A stretch of DNA of 64,000 bases, taken from positions 18,538,001 through 18,602,000 of the forward strand of contig OZ281498.1 of assembly GCA_965637545.1 (NCBI GenBank), written 5' to 3'. A program made the position numbers and the translations under genes. This stretch comes from Phallusia mammillata. Lineage: Eukaryota. Shown here piece by piece: positions 37,840 to 53,000 of this stretch. The notes under the pieces were generated by a model. It did not search any database and was not told the DNA's origin. It worked only from the letters and a program-made list of their open reading frames with translations. The stretch's first letter is position 1; the number at the start of each line of letters is the position of its first letter.

Positions 37840-38330
37840 TAAAAATGGGTACAATTTTGGACACAACCTAATATATCCCCCAGGCCCGCTTTAGTTTTCA
37901 CTTTCGAAGGGTTTTTCGTGATAAAACTAATGCATGAAACCGCTTTTGATCGACTGTATGATAAACTTGACAATATGTTATATATCATACTTGTGCCGAA
38001 AATATCATCAATAAAACAGTTATTAATCAAGATCTGCAAGCAATTAGAAAGTATAGCTTTATTTATTGCCTTGTATAGCGTTACTTTCTGTTCATCAGCA
38101 AACTCATAGATTTTACACAACACACAACGAAACTGAGTCAGTAATATACGGAGGACACCTCTCGTGCCTTATAAAGCCACAACAAACAAATGAGCATCAC
38201 AAAATTGATGCACTGGAGATATCTTGTGCAATGTTTTGTGTTTACCGAAAATGCAACTGCATTGTGTATCTCTCAGTTAGAGAGCATCCCAAAATAGGTC
38301 AAAAGCTCAGTAAGCTGTTACTTATTCCTT
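37840..38330 (-). mobile_element. Decayed non-LTR retrotransposon reverse-transcriptase fragment (CR1/L2-like)
   Basis: Minus strand: GISNSLLSF...SLTERY...SSASIL...YITDS...CKIYEFADEQKVTLYKAI...LQ...KVKTKAGLGDIL follows RT domains 4-7 in order (GI.G.LL.W, QGSVL, YINDL, FADD, KDLGV.+); stops and frameshifts present. Confidence 0.6.
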
Positions 38331-40299
38331 ATATTCGCTGCTGCATCATCCAAAGCAGAACTTATATTTCTTGCCCAAAAAGCACAAATACCGTTTACTT
38401 TTTAGCCAACAAAACATGCAAATACACATTGATATATGCATGGAGAATCAGTAATCCTCATGAAAACATGCAATTGAAGTTTGCCAGTTATGTCAAATAA
38501 ACAGTGACAAGTCTCGTGTCATATAGCCCTCCATTATTTGTGTTTTCGCCTGCGCAAATTTGCTCGCCTTCACCGCCATCATTTTAGTTTCACAAAGATT
38601 CGCACAAACTTCACAGCAACCGGCCCGTAACTGTGTGAAGTCAAGTTAAACGCCTGATTTGCGACCGACTTGAAGAAAAAATCAAACAACGACCCGCTGG
38701 GTCGTCTTGATCTGCAGGGGGTGGCTGTTTGTTTGTTTGTGTTCTGTCTCAATTGCGCGTTACGAGGCAGGCGTGTCGCTGGCACATTTGCGAGATTTTG
38801 CTCATAGGTCCACTTAGTGTTGCTTTTGCTCACATTACAGTTTTCAGCTATTCTGGTTATTGGAAAAGCTTATGATAAAAACGCAAATAAGGGAACGAGG
38901 TCAATGGAAATGTGGTGGTTGTGTTCCGCGCAGATTTGAACTGTAAACTGTCCCAAATTGCAATGGGCAGCATATGCAAGTATTCTTTGCCGTTCAGAAA
39001 TTCTTGTTGCATGGTTAAAGGAGATGTAGACGTATAATTGTATGTTCATTGGTGCAACCTTTTTTTTTTTCTTTACCGTGAGAAGTTTGGACTTTATATG
39101 CAGGTTTGATGATCATGTTAACGTTCATGAAATAGGAAAAGAACTGAATAATAGTTTATGCCTAACTGACCAAGCATGCAAAACGGTTGCAGGCGCATTT
39201 GTATTGGTATAACACAAAAAGGTGTGTGTGTATAACATGATTTGCACAAAATTAGAACTTGTTTTCTTTTCTGACTTATACAGCTGTGTGCGGGTATATA
39301 GAGTCATTGAGCACTACTTTAGGTTAACATAATTACCGAATTACCGACATTAAATGACCAATCGGTCAATGGACCTCTCGCTGTTTAATAAGGGATTAAT
39401 GTCACAGTACACGTAACTTGTATGCCGCCGTCCGTCATACCGCTGCGATACAATAACACGGTCGGCGCGGGCAACGAGTTATTAACCAATCAAGGCAACA
39501 CTTGAGTACACAAGAGCCACAATGCCTTCGTAACAGTCGATTAAAGGCAGAACGCGGTCTTGCTGCAAGTGCTGTAGCTACAAGGTAGCATTTCACGCCC
39601 GGCTCGGCTTTGAAGCTTGTTTTCACGGCACCAATTACCTTTAATTGTCAGTTTAGCACGGTGTATTTTCCCAGCACGGCGTTATGCGTTTCGCGGAAGC
39701 TTACAAATCAACCTGTGCCCGGCGCCAGGCCGATGGTACAGTCGACTTATGCACTTGACCGCCACAATACCACGGTACACCCAGGCCTGGATTTGTGCCC
39801 AAGCCGAGCAATTAAGGGTTAAACACGGTGGTTTAACGTTTAGCGGGCCAGATAGGGCGTCAAGGCAGCGCTGGAGCCGGTAATCGCTTACGCGATTAGT
39901 TGAATAGCCCAACCAAAGCAGGAAACGTGTTCAGGGTGGGTACGGTGGCGCCGTGTGCTGTTACTATGTGGATGTTAGCTCTTGAAACTCGGAAAACCAT
40001 TTGTTGAATGCCTGATGTATAGAACCTTCAATTAAGCCCTTGCCAATAAGTCCCATTGTGGTTAATTGCGGTTTGTGGTCAAAATCGGCAATTTGTTCAT
40101 TTCAATGATTATATTTCAAATCAAATGGCAAAAAATACGTCTCTGGAAACAATATTGTATAAATACCGTTTGAATGCTTACATTGTACAAACACGTATTC
40201 GTACATTTCGGAAACTGTTTCCAACAGTAAAGCGAGTATAAATTTGTTAAACGAGTCTTTACATAAAAAGAAAAAAAATCCTGATTTCAACAGTCTGTG

Positions 40300-40610
40300 G
40301 GACAAAAATCACAGTCAGCATTTGTGCAACGATTTCGAATTGCAGCGCATCAAATAGGAGACAAAAGTGTCCGTGTGTGAAGTTAGGCCTGAATAATCTC
40401 GTTAGATTCAAACTTAAGCCCAAAGCAGACCCCAAAAGCCCGCCCAGACTTATAACTACGGTTAAACCTCCTTTAAAAAAAACGCGATTTACAAGCGTAG
40501 CAAAATTTTAACCGGATCTTTACAGTCTGTGTGGCAAAAATCACCGATGCCCATCCTTTGAATTGGTGCAGTGATTTTGAATTGCAACGTATCAAATAGG
40601 CGACAAGGAA
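40300..40610. repeat. Diverged direct repeat pair
   Basis: CAGTCTGTG.G.CAAAAATCAC...GATTT.GAATTGCA.CG.ATCAAATAGG.GACAA occurs at ~40290-40366 and ~40522-40606, separated by a MITE-end fragment. Confidence 0.55.
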
Positions 40611-43600
40611 TTTCAATTGGGTCTTTGCAGTACTTGGCCAACCGTACGCTTCCCTTGTTGCGCATATATACAGTAGTTTGCGCATCGTAAGATAAGATCT
40701 TAGGACAACGTGGGGAACAGCTTCATATAAACCGGTTTGGTACGTCAGTGAACGGATCTAGTTTGCCTCTTTGCGGTTTAACCTGTGTCACATCTACTTC
40801 AACTGGTGGTTCTCAAACCTTTTGTAATATTTTTGGTGTACCTAATAATTCGCGGACTGAACAGTTTTTTTTTCTCACAACACGCAGTTTCATAAAACAG
40901 ACAAATTATCGAGCAAAGTACCGGGAATCTATTTCAGATTTCCGTTTTTAAAGTGAACCCTATAAACCTCAATTCGTATCCAATTGATAAAGCATAGACC
41001 AGGGGATTTTGCAGGTTTCGATCAACCTTGTATGCCTATCGCTTACATAAATTTCCTCCGATTTCGGTTGTACTTATGCAGTTGTATAGGGCTTTGAATG
41101 CTTTTAACCACGCAAGCCTTATCACATCAGATAATGTTTTCGACACATAAAATTTATCATTCGGAAAATCCGTCTTAAAACCGTCGATGCTGGGATTTTT
41201 CCATTCGCAGACATGTCTGTGTAATAGATGCGATTACAGAAATGAAGTGAAGGCCTGCTGCGTTTCCAATACTTGTGGTTTTTAGGGGCTAGATTGCTTT
41301 TCTGGCTTTGCAATGTGATGAATTCCAGATGTGTATGCCATTTGACCAAGAGTTATTTTGTAACTTTGCAGGTTTGGGTACAATAAGGTAGATGTTTCAA
41401 ATAGGGTTAAGCGTAAAGAAGATATTAAGAGGTGTTTGAAATCGTTTCGAGTTTAGGATAGTGTCAGTTCGATTAAAATAGCGCAGAAACATGTCATTGT
41501 TTGGTGCACAAAGATTGCTGCTTAACCTTTTCAAAAGTGTGAACAACCGAGCCTAGCAAAGTAAACTGTTCTGTTTTATCGTACAGGAAGAGGCCAAAGA
41601 CAGAAATAAGTAACGGTTTCATACCAAACGCATCGGTAAAGCATCACACGAAACGTACGCAATAAGTTTATAAGTAAAATGTTTCCGTGCATTGCGCATG
41701 TTTTGCAACTGTTTCCTGTTTTTCTGCATTCTTAACTCTTACTTGTTGACGGAAATTGCGTTTCCGAGAGCAATGGTGACGTCACTAACGCGCGGCCACA
41801 GTGTGCGTTAGTCGACAACTGGCAGCTGCACATCGGCTGAAAGTGACCGATTTTTGCGTACTAATATAGCAACGAATTGCTTTTCGGCGTAAAGCCAGCT
41901 GAAAATGTAATTCGCCTTTTTTTGCGTTTTGATTCGATTGCTTCCGATTTGTCGGCGGCCTTTGGCGTTGATTTATATTTCCGGCGTTTAAACGGTTTGA
42001 AAGGCAGAAACAAGTTGCTGATTTGACTGAAATAGGGTTTGATTTACAACTGAGCATATGTCTCCGTGTTTTTGTGGATCGGTACGACGGACAGTATAAT
42101 TACAGTATTGCATGAATTCTATAAGCGTTTACTCCCAAAGTGATGAACTGAACGGTAACTAAACACACACTTTAAAGGAGTAACTTAGATTATCATATCC
42201 CAATTCTTACTTTTTGCTTTAAGAGGTTTAAGTGTTGACATAAAGCAGGGACTTTATTTTAGTCAAATTCAATTTGGAACAAACAGAACATTTTTTTGAC
42301 ACAACTATCAGTTTAAACACGTGCTCTACATTGTTACTTATGTAGTGCTAATGGGTGCCGGTTTAACACGAAATTCTAATATTTTCTCATGCTGCCAGGC
42401 ACTTGAACGATTCAAATAAAACCGCTATTAAATGTCCAGATTTAGAACGCTAAGGCAAACCAGCCAGTGGCAGACAATTTCATAGAAACGAGATCGGTAA
42501 TTGGTTCTAATGGGTGAGATAAATTTAGCCCGACGTCTAGTTGTAAATCTCACGTCAAAATGATGTGACATGACTGTAAACATTATATGAGCGTGTTTAC
42601 CGCGGGAGCAAATCACGTTTAGAAATCTGTTTTGATTTAAGCATTAGAATCGCTTGATTTGTCACCTTTGTGATCCTTCAGTTGATACAAGAAACAATCT
42701 AATACGTAGTATGTTCTACGACTGTGTAAAGTTGTAGGAGACCCGAGGCAAAAATATCTAGGAATCATAACATTTAACCCAACTTTTTTAAAAGCAAACA
42801 CAAATTTGTTTAAATTAAGTATTTTGTTACATATGTTCAGTTGCCATGGAAACGAAGTAAAAATACGCTTTAGTCTGTGTCCTAGGCGAAGGGAGCTTGA
42901 AATTTGAATAAAATTATAGCCTTCACCTACCTACCCCAATCTCGATGTAGGTTAGCTGTATTTTTTGATACCAAGTTTAAGCATATGGCATGCTATATAA
43001 ATGAGATAACGAACCGACTGTATTTAGTTCACTATTTAGTAAAATAACAGTGCAAGAATTTTGTTTTTTAATCAAGGACATAAATCCTTCATAGCTAAAT
43101 TGAAAGGCAGAGCAAGTATGCTTTTTTGAGTTCATTGACTGTTCCTGAACGATTTTCATGGAAACTTGCTTACCCCGGCATAGGTCCGAGGTCAGTGTAT
43201 GTTCCGCATAGTGAGGTTTTTGAAAACGCGACAAGTTTTGATTTGTATAAGGGCAGCGAAAGATCAATCTGACCTGGAATTAGTGGAAACCGGATTTTCA
43301 TCGGAAAATTGCGGTTGATTTCGCTGGGCATAAACAGAGCAATTAAGGAACCATTCGCATATGTTTCCAAGTGACGCTTCACCTAATTGCCAGAAAGTGA
43401 CGTTCTTAATACTGAACCAGGACCTCAAGCGGGAATAAATTTATTTTTACCACTGTACGCGTGCCACGACCGTTCGTTGACTCTGCCACTGACTGTGCGT
43501 CATATGCAGTTGATGTTGCGTATGTTGGCTGTAGGATATTGCGTTTGTCGCGATTTGTGGCAAGTACCTTTAACGTCAAAAGTCGATCGTGACCTGCGTT

Positions 43601-46600
43601 ACTTTCTGATTCGTGACCAGACGTTAAGTTCAACAGCTGCAGATCTTTACTGTCTTGTGACACATATAACGTCAAATGAAAGGGCGGATATTTGCAGTTT
43701 AGTTTGTTGTGCAATATTTATGCACAATTTCCCTGTTTGGGCGGGTAACTTACCTTTCAAAATCCGCTTAAAGTTTCCTTGTAAATAACATGTTTCCTAT
43801 CGTGAGGTACTTAGATACAAGTGATCCATGTAGCTGACCGAGAACTAACTTCCTATGTAGAACGTGGTTGCTTTAGTGCAGACTTTTTTATGAAACTGTT
43901 GTTGTGATTACAGGTAACGTAAATGCATCACAATATCAATGGTGTGGATTGGTACGTTGTCAGTGATAAAGAAATGTGTTGCACTATCCCCAAATCACTG
44001 ATCCTTTTTATTTGCAATTTAGAGTTTGTATAAGTACCTGTAATTTGTGCACATACAATTTATCATCCATTCTTAAATGCCATCTAAAGATTGCATTTGA
44101 CAAGTCTGAAGGTTATAGATTTCGTGGTCAGACAGTTTGCAATAGGGCGTCATTTTAGCATCACCTTAGTGTTCAGAAATAGCAACAAATTCGTGCAAGA
44201 TATTGCGGCAGCGTTGGCATGCATGCTGGACATATGGGCATCACAAAAATGGCAACTCAAGTATTTATACCGATTTGTGATCACGTGGTACAATGTAAAG
44301 CCGAGTTCAAAAGAATTTTGGCTGTCCTTTGAATTGCTTCTTCGTGGAAGACAATGTAAATGCGTCTGAGAAGTGGTCATTTTGTAATGACGCAATTTGC
44401 TATAACGGACGTACGTAGTAATTCGCACCATAGCGCTAAACATGAGGATAGCGATGTGTAAAACGGATTTGAATTTGTTTTACTACAATGAAAGGCCTAT
44501 GTACGGAATTGTATGTTCGTTAGAAAATGAGAATTCAAGTTCTCTCGTGATTTAAATTTATAGCACTCTGTGTTTAATTGTGCACATCCAACGGTCATTA
44601 AACCTCTTTAAGACAGATTTATGTGTTTCTAAATGCCGGCAGTTGACCAAAAGCGCTTCTCTGTGTTAATGAAAGCAAGTACAATCTGTAATGGGCCCGG
44701 TACCTTGATTTTTATGCATTCTTGGCATTATACAATATAATGTGACGTATTTAACGTTGTTGTAGACCATAATTTCTTGACGCATTAAGACTTTTTTAAC
44801 CCCCACAGTACAACAAACATACATGTGTGATCTTTGCATCGACGTAAAACTACCCGGCAAACCACGTATTTCGCATATGCTGTGAAAATGCGTGAAAGAT
44901 TATTACAAGACTGTGCGTCGCAAAAGGCCCGCCCTTCTTGGTTAATGACGTAACTGACGTTTTAATTAGCCGGACGCGTAAAACAGCGTCCTCTGACAAG
45001 GCTTTACGCCCGAATACACCACAATGCACTAAATAACAGGGCGTTCCTGGATGATGCTTTGTGATCGTGGGGTGTTGGTAGCAGACTTTCAGCAACGACG
45101 TGACTTTTCAATCCAATTTTAACCCATATGCGGTGTTTGTGATGAGTATTAGGGAAATTTTAGATAATTACGAAGTGTTAAGTAGTGTGTGAATTTCGCT
45201 AAGCGCCGAGTTTAGTGTATGATAGTGTTACAGGTGTGTGCACTTAGTGGATAATAAGTAAGTTATCAATAAGTTTGTTCAGTCGCTAGAGTTATTTTTT
45301 CTAAATTGTTTGAATCTAATTGTCATTAGTCCACTATAATTGCGTCAGGGTTAAGAGTTTAATCAAAAACAACTGTAGCAATTCATGACAGTGCCAAATT
45401 AGAAAAAAAACATCGGTTCACTTGCAAGAGTAGATTTATTTTCACGTTCCTAATTAACAAAAAGTGTGAAGAAACATGTTTCTAATCACCGAAACGTTTG
45501 ACAAGAAAACCTAACACGTCATGTCACATTGCAGACAGCAACAAAGTCCAGCCACCTATTTCATTGAAACCGCTCGAACAATAGATGCTTTGCCATGGCG
45601 CCACAGACTTGAGCTGTATCTAATTGCCTTGAACACAATGCTTCGGTTTGAAGCAGGTGTTACTTGTTGTAGGAAATGATACCGGGAGGCTGCGCCGTTT
45701 GACAAGATACATGTGTTGACAGATTGCTCTGTGAGTGATCAGGTTTTGGTTTGAAGCGACGGGAGCGTCGGCTTAGGTGTGTTACCAGTTTCGATAACCC
45801 ATATCATAGCGTTCGTGTGTGTATGTGTAATTTACAGTATGCCTGCGCAGTATTCATGGTGGTAATTTGCGTATGTATGGTAAAATGTTTTATTGTCAGA
45901 TGAAAATATTCTAGCAGAAATTGCATTTTTGTACATTATGATGGTAAAAGACGTAAATAGATTTGAAGATACCAGTTAGCGAGGCAGATTTGTCAAAGAA
46001 AATAACTAAAATAACGATTTTATAGAGCGTTATAGGCAGTTAACCGCCATATAGAAGTAACTTTGTACACATCTTGATTTAAATTAGCATTTTACGTTCA
46101 ATTACAAAGTGGAATTTCATTATAAATGTAAATGGTTTAAGTAGTGGAAATAATAGTGCAAAATTGTCATCCTTATTGAGTGTTGGTTTTGCTTTGATTC
46201 ACAATACTTCTAAGTATAGGTTACCTATTTACATAGTAGTGTCAACCAAAAGGCATCATGCAAATTAAATTTCACGCAACAGAATGCTTATTACACGTCA
46301 AAAAGGTAATTGCTATACTAGAGGTTTGTAATTAAAGGTTTCCGAACGCAAATCGCATTTATTATAATTTGCCTGCGGCGCTCCTGAGATACACGAAATA
46401 CAGTGCAATTGTATATTGCCCTTTACAATTTATTGTCGAATCTGTTGCATGGGTGGGCAACGTAAGTTCACGGCAAGTAGCTGTAACTGTGTACTATTGA
46501 CTTTTGACCAAAGTTGACCCAGCAGTTTCTTAAAATACAAATATTTTTGTAAAGCGCACTGTCACCGTATAAAGCTTTTGGGTAAAAGGTACCTGTATCC

Positions 46601-49600
46601 GGGCAGCTTGAAGCTGGTTCTCGAACGAGCTTGGTGATGTCAAATACTGCAAAATGATACAGGACAATCGCAAGTCGCATTCAGGGTCTATGCCAAGGGT
46701 GTGTTGGCAAATGCTTTTGCAAGCTAGTCGTAAATTTAGGACCACACATGGTGTGTTGTGGTGAATAGGAAATCACTGGGCCGATGGCGAAAATTGTGAC
46801 TTGAACGCGTCAAAAATTTCCGGTGTACAAGTCAAGCGTAAACCACAGTCAAAATTTGCGCATTTCTCGCACTTGAATCCGACTGGTTCAAGATTTGTGC
46901 GCAGAAACAGGTAATATAACCTAGTAGTGTCCATATGGCTGTCAAATACAGATCATTAAGTACTTACAAATACACTGTTTTTTTACGGCCTGACTATGCA
47001 ATCTCTCATATTACATTGATCTTTGTTGATTCGATATTCCGTGTACAATGCCACTTTTGTTTGGTTTTGGCCTACTGTGTAAATCGCATGCCTTGTGGAA
47101 GTGTGGGTCAACACAAGTTGACAAATCCGGACTCCCGAGCCAATTTTATGGCTTCCGGAGCGCCAAAAGTTTAAAAGCCATTCACACATATGGTCAATAA
47201 GCAAGCAGTAATGACTTCGTAGTCATATTGGCGTTTATGAGTCAGTTGTCCATTTCCAAAGTATTTACCAGAATTCTGATAGCAATAAGTTTCGCTAATG
47301 ATGTATATTTTGCTTAGTTAGGCAGTTTAGAATTTTCTTATTACGATAATGTTTGTGACTTACCAGAGTAAAGTTCTGAGCTAGTACAAAACATCGTGTT
47401 CAAACAAACAGCAAATTTAAACCACAGGGGATTTACGCATTAAGTTCCATGTGAACAGCCTATTGAATGTGACTCACCTTGGACGAGAGGATGTTAGTGG
47501 TTTTCCCAATAAAATAGACCGGAATTACAAACTTAGTGGCAAAATCCGACTGTCCACAAATAACCGTGTTTACACATAGGCACTAACCACAAAAGATAGT
47601 CCCACGATGTCAGCTCTAGGGTGGGTCCAGTAACAGAAAATTCGGTCGTTTTGATGGTCAGCCATGCCCTGCTGGGTAATCCATATAATCTTGCCGTGGC
47701 ATAGCGAAAACAATCAAACAAATAGACTGTTTCCTTCCGAATGCACTTTAATCTTCACATCACGCGCAAAACAACTGTCTACAAAGCATCAAAGTAATTT
47801 TAATTACACCAAAAAACTTCAATAGTGAATCACAATAGGCAGGAAAATTGAATTCGAATTTCGTCTATTGTTACGTATGTTCCCACGTGAATTGTCATGC
47901 ATGACTAGCACCGCATGAATGAAGTAACTACTGGTTGCTTGGAGCGGGCACAGACGGATGCAAAGGTATCATAGCTCCTCGGGATTTCGAAGTTGTCGTT
48001 TTGTAAAGGGTAGAAGCGTTTTGCCTGACTGCATGTGAAGCGTATGGGTTGTTTGGGCAACCTGCTTGGCAATGTTTGGGTTTGTCACAGCGGTTTGAAG
48101 TTGCTTGCCTGTTCTGTAATGAAATCCGGGCACTGCTGTGCCGCCGTGTGCTCAGATAACGTCCAGATTGGTTGTAGGCGCAAAGCTGATGAAGTACTAG
48201 GTAAAAATGTCGTAACTGCACAACCGATAGTAACTGCAGCGATTGTTGAGTTGTTTGTTGTAAGTAACAAAGTGCCCTGGTACTGTATTTTGACAGTATT
48301 TATGTTTGTACACAATTCTCGGTTTCAAAGATCTCAAAAAGAAACAGTCTTTACAAATATGTTGGCTTGTCAGAATTTATGTTTGTGTTCTATGTTTTTC
48401 TAATGGTAAAATATATCAATTGTGAGTTTATAAGGTGGAAAATTGGCTAAACTTTCGCCAGGCTTGAAACCGTAGGATAAAAACCACAATTAATATTGAC
48501 AAAAACGATGTTGTCAACGGTTCCAGCGTCATTTTTAAGCATTACTTTGCACACGTTACAGTAATGTAAGCATTGCATTTTGGATGCGAACACAACATGT
48601 ACGAAAACAATGTATGATGTGGCTCCGGCATAAAGCGAGAGAGGTAAACAAACTATCGTAACAAGTATGATTCGCAATCAAGTGTGAATCACGTTGTTAT
48701 TGGCTTCATTCACTTGTTAGGTTAAACCGAACCGGAAAATGGTAATCCCGGTAAAACAAGCGCTATACCACAGCAATTAGACGCAATGCACTCTTTATTC
48801 ACTTAAACGTTTTGGCGAAAAAGAAGTCTTGCCAAAAACCAGGATTAAATGCAAACAGGCAAAAATCGTATAAACTCTTGTTTTAAAGCATACATGCAGC
48901 TATGTGCATCTGTTACAAGGCAAAACACATGAGGTACTTCGGTATGCATAAGATCTCATGATTTACGACTGTCTTCGCGGAAAGTTCCTGCAAATCGGAT
49001 TTCAGCCGTTAGTGTTTGTTGCTGTGTTCATTCCGCAACGGAGTAGACTCAAACAGTTCGCAGAAGAGCTAGTTCAGCCTTTAACGTGCGCAAAAGGCTC
49101 TGAACGCGTGCCACGCCTGCCTATTAATCGCTTGATTCTTTGCCCGAGGTTTAACCGAAAACGCCGGCGCATCTAGAACTGTGGTACGCATTGGTTCGTG
49201 TTATTCAAACTTGCGATATAATTACATGCCTGTTGTTACTGGTGGCTGCACACTCTGTTATTGAGGCTAGGCAATTGACAGTTGTGGTAGTTTATGTAGA
49301 GTACAATGAGCTGCTTTGAAACAGGTTCGATAATTATCACAAACCGCGTTTCGTGTGTGAAAAATTGCTATAGCTTTTCAGACAGCAATTTGTTAAATTG
49401 TGTAAAAAAAGTATTGATTTCATGCACTGGAATGTTGGTGCTGTAAAAATTAAAAAAAGATACTTTTAAGCGAACAAAGCAAAATTATTGCATGATACAC
49501 TTATCTCATTGGCAATCATTTGGCGAAAAGGATATAATCTAAGTTTATATCGATGATGCCTAAAAAGGGGGCTATTTTATATCATCGGATTAAAACACAC

Positions 49601-50032
49601 TATTTCAAATTGTTTTATATTTAAACAAGCCAAATTTGCCCATATTTACATAAGCCACAGTTATTTACCACAGCCAGCGATCAAAGATTACGAGTTCCTG
49701 GGCAATTTAGAACTGATTTTAAAAACTCTCGCATTTTTCAGGGTATACGTTTTTACGCAACTAAATGTCACATGACCCTGAATCGTGGAAATGTTTTCGA
49801 TCGTAACCAACGCATGCTGCATGTTAGGAGAAAGCGATGACGTAAAAGCTGCTGTCGGCGCCTAAAGGAACGTGGCAGTGACGTAGTAACACCGCGTACG
49901 CAGTAGAGACTGCGAGAAGTCAACGGGAAGAGAAAAAAGCGAATTCTTTTTACGCGTGTCACTTGGTATAGTGCGTGGCGGTCTGGGTCTTCGTTTGAAT
50001 ATCACTTGATTTAATCAGCGCTGACCAACGCA

Positions 50033-53000
50033 ATGTGTTTGTGTTTGCCGTTGGGTTTTTTTAGAGATCAGATTTTGCGGTGAGATACATAACCTTTATG
50101 AGTACAGTGAGTTTGCAACGTTTGTTAGTTTTTTTGCTGAAATTTGTCCAGTGGGAGAAGTTTTTTGTTTAGCGTGTTCGGATTAATCGTTGAGTGACTG
50201 CCTCGTGTTTTGAGTTGAGTTGAGTAGCTTTTCTTAACTTGTTGTTGAGAACAAAATTGGTCTGTAATTTGCTTCGAATTTTTCTATGTGTGTGAAACCA
50301 AGTTATTTAAATACGCAGGGACTTAAGTATCCGTAGATACATGATTTTAAAACCAAGTTTAGTTACAATTCCGTTGAAAGCTATTGTTTCAGATTGGTCT
50401 GTACACTGAAGGGAATATTAATTAATGTAACTAGACCCAAATAGTGTTGTTAATATTTACTTACACATAAAATTACTCGTAAAAACGCTTAACTCTATTC
50501 GTTGGCAGTTTTCGACATTATTTGAACCAGGTTTAAATGTCGCAAATATCAATAGCTTCATTTCAGTTTCGGTGTGCATGTTAACTGCTGCAAACTATTA
50601 ACAGGCCAACCAAATACATTCTAGGTCGCAAATACAGAGCGAAACTTGCGAGCGAGAACTTCCGCAAAACAGCCTAGCAACTGATGTCGCGTTTAAGCGC
50701 ATGATGCCACTTAATTTACGCCGGCTGACACTTCCTTGATTTTGTATCAGGAAAGACGTAAAACGCCTGTTTAATGTTTAGACTCAAACCCCTGGAGTTC
50801 GTCCAAAGTCTGTGGTTTTCAGGTTCACAGACAGGTTATGTTATCAGTAGTTGGTGACTTGTTGATGTTAAACTACAAGTGTTTAACGTTAACTTTATTG
50901 TCTAGTTAGTTGGGAGACAAGGAGCGCCCAAAAAGTCTTTACACTTATGTAGATCCGATTTAAATGAAAATAGAAACAAGTGTTTTAAAGGATGCATTCA
51001 TATCGTATGCTTTGATAAGTTTTTCAATGATATATTAGTATCAGGATTTTTCTGTTCGTCTGCGGGACTTCGGTCTCAATTTTGCCGCATGAGTTTTTAC
51101 AAATCTCAATCTTTGTTTCGACAGATTTGAAAAGCTTAGCTACAGAGGATTACAAACGGCGACCGACTGCAGGCGCCGGAACATTGGCAGCTACTCTGTT
51201 GGATTTAACCTTGGACTTACCACGAACTTCGAAACTCAAAGATACAACATGTTACAACTGGAAGAGACCAGACCAAGTCTCGTCAGAGGAGGTGACGTCA
51301 TCATCAACCAAAACCTTAGCGACTTCGTGCGCGAGCGTGACGTCACAAAGGAACACGGCGTGTTTGACGCAGGTGGGAGTTTTGGACTAGCGGTGCTAAT
51401 GACCCCCGGACTGTGGCGCGAAAGGGATTTATTCATTGTATCGTGTGTTCATCGCATAGCGGGAATTCGGCTGTGCTAGTTAGTGGCAAGTTTACGGGTT
51501 GTTAGATGGTGCTTAAAAGCCGAAAATGCTTTTTGAACATGTATACCACCACCACTTTAACCTGCTTTGTGCACTCCAGTGGAACAACTTTTCGGGTAGT
51601 CGCCTAAACGTTTCAAATTCTCAACGCAACATACATTTGTTAAAAGGCCATGGTTGATCAAACAAACGTAGCTCCAAACCCGCTTGCTGAGTGCTGATGA
51701 CCATGCAGGCTATAGACAGTTTTTAACAAACGCCCAAAAATAAGAGATCCAATTTCTCTAAAATATCAGTGATTCAGTTTGGGTGTGGGCGAAACGAAAG
51801 GGGTGTAAACTCAAGGTGGTCATATATCGTGGATTGTTTAGTCGTCGAGCTTTTGTGGCGTAAAACGGGAAATTAGGTCACGTTTAGGAGACTCCTTTTG
51901 GTCTTAGTCACGAAACCGCACGACTTTTGTGTCTGGGTTAGCATTGGTGAAAACTAATGGTCGACCATGACAATTTGTTGTCACAAAAGCGTTTGTAAAT
52001 GTAAAGTAAATGTACTATACAAGCGTAGTACGTGTGTTTTACTGTTGACAGCCCCAAGCTTTCTTTACTAACCCTGTTTAAGTTACTAAGTCATGAGGCA
52101 ATTTTATTCATTACGACATGTTTTTAATGCTCACTCTGTGCGCAACACATATAAGGCAAAATGCATTAAATTTAAAGGAAAATTGTTCACAGAAATATCC
52201 ATTCCGACTAAAAATATAATCATGTAGCTAGTAAGGGCTCCCAAATTTCAATGCGTCATTAGTATTACTGAGTTATTTTCGTGTCGCCTCGATATGGTGT
52301 TTAGGGGTTCACACTTATCCTGTTTAGGAAGTCTCAATCAAATTACAAAAGCTATGACTAGAACGCAACGCTTGCAATTACTATTTATTTCACATTTGCC
52401 AAATCGGGGCCATGTTGATCGGTATTGCTTAATTTGTTCGACAAATACATTTATGTAAGGGTTTATAAATACACAAAGTCATGTCAAATTTAAAACATTT
52501 TTTACACAAATAATGTGAAATATCGTTTGCTGCAGTACAAAATATGAAATGGATCACCTATTACTGTTAAGCCGATATGATTTTATCAGATAGTTGTATT
52601 AATTTGCGCAATAAAAGGAACTCTGGCTCAACGAACTATGCACTGTTGCTTCCGCAAATTTTCGCTAGACGCATTTGAACTTCAATACCCAAAATATCAA
52701 AACGATTTACGCTTTGCTGACAATGTGCATCGTGTATTGACTACTCTTAAAAGTGTATATGGTTTGAAACCAGATTTTCCAACATCAATACATGGGTTTA
52801 ACTTTTTAAGTTAAAATGAGGCATAGAAAAATATTTAAATGTACATGAGATCTTTGAATGAAAGCGAACGGCGTAATTTTCGCTGCTACCAATTTGAATG
52901 CAACCTGTGTGGAAACCCCATTCATAAAAATTGCTCTTAAATCGCACCTGACGTCAGACGAGGTCGTTTACCTGCCTCCCGCGGGTAATCCCCAGATTAT

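Noticed and set aside
38066-38500. 144-aa + strand ORF
   Set aside because: Antisense to the decayed LINE RT fragment; no protein-like features.
43387-43788. 133-aa + ORF (and 102-aa antisense ORF)
   Set aside because: Non-ATG start, no motifs or splice signals; likely chance in a GC-richer non-coding block.
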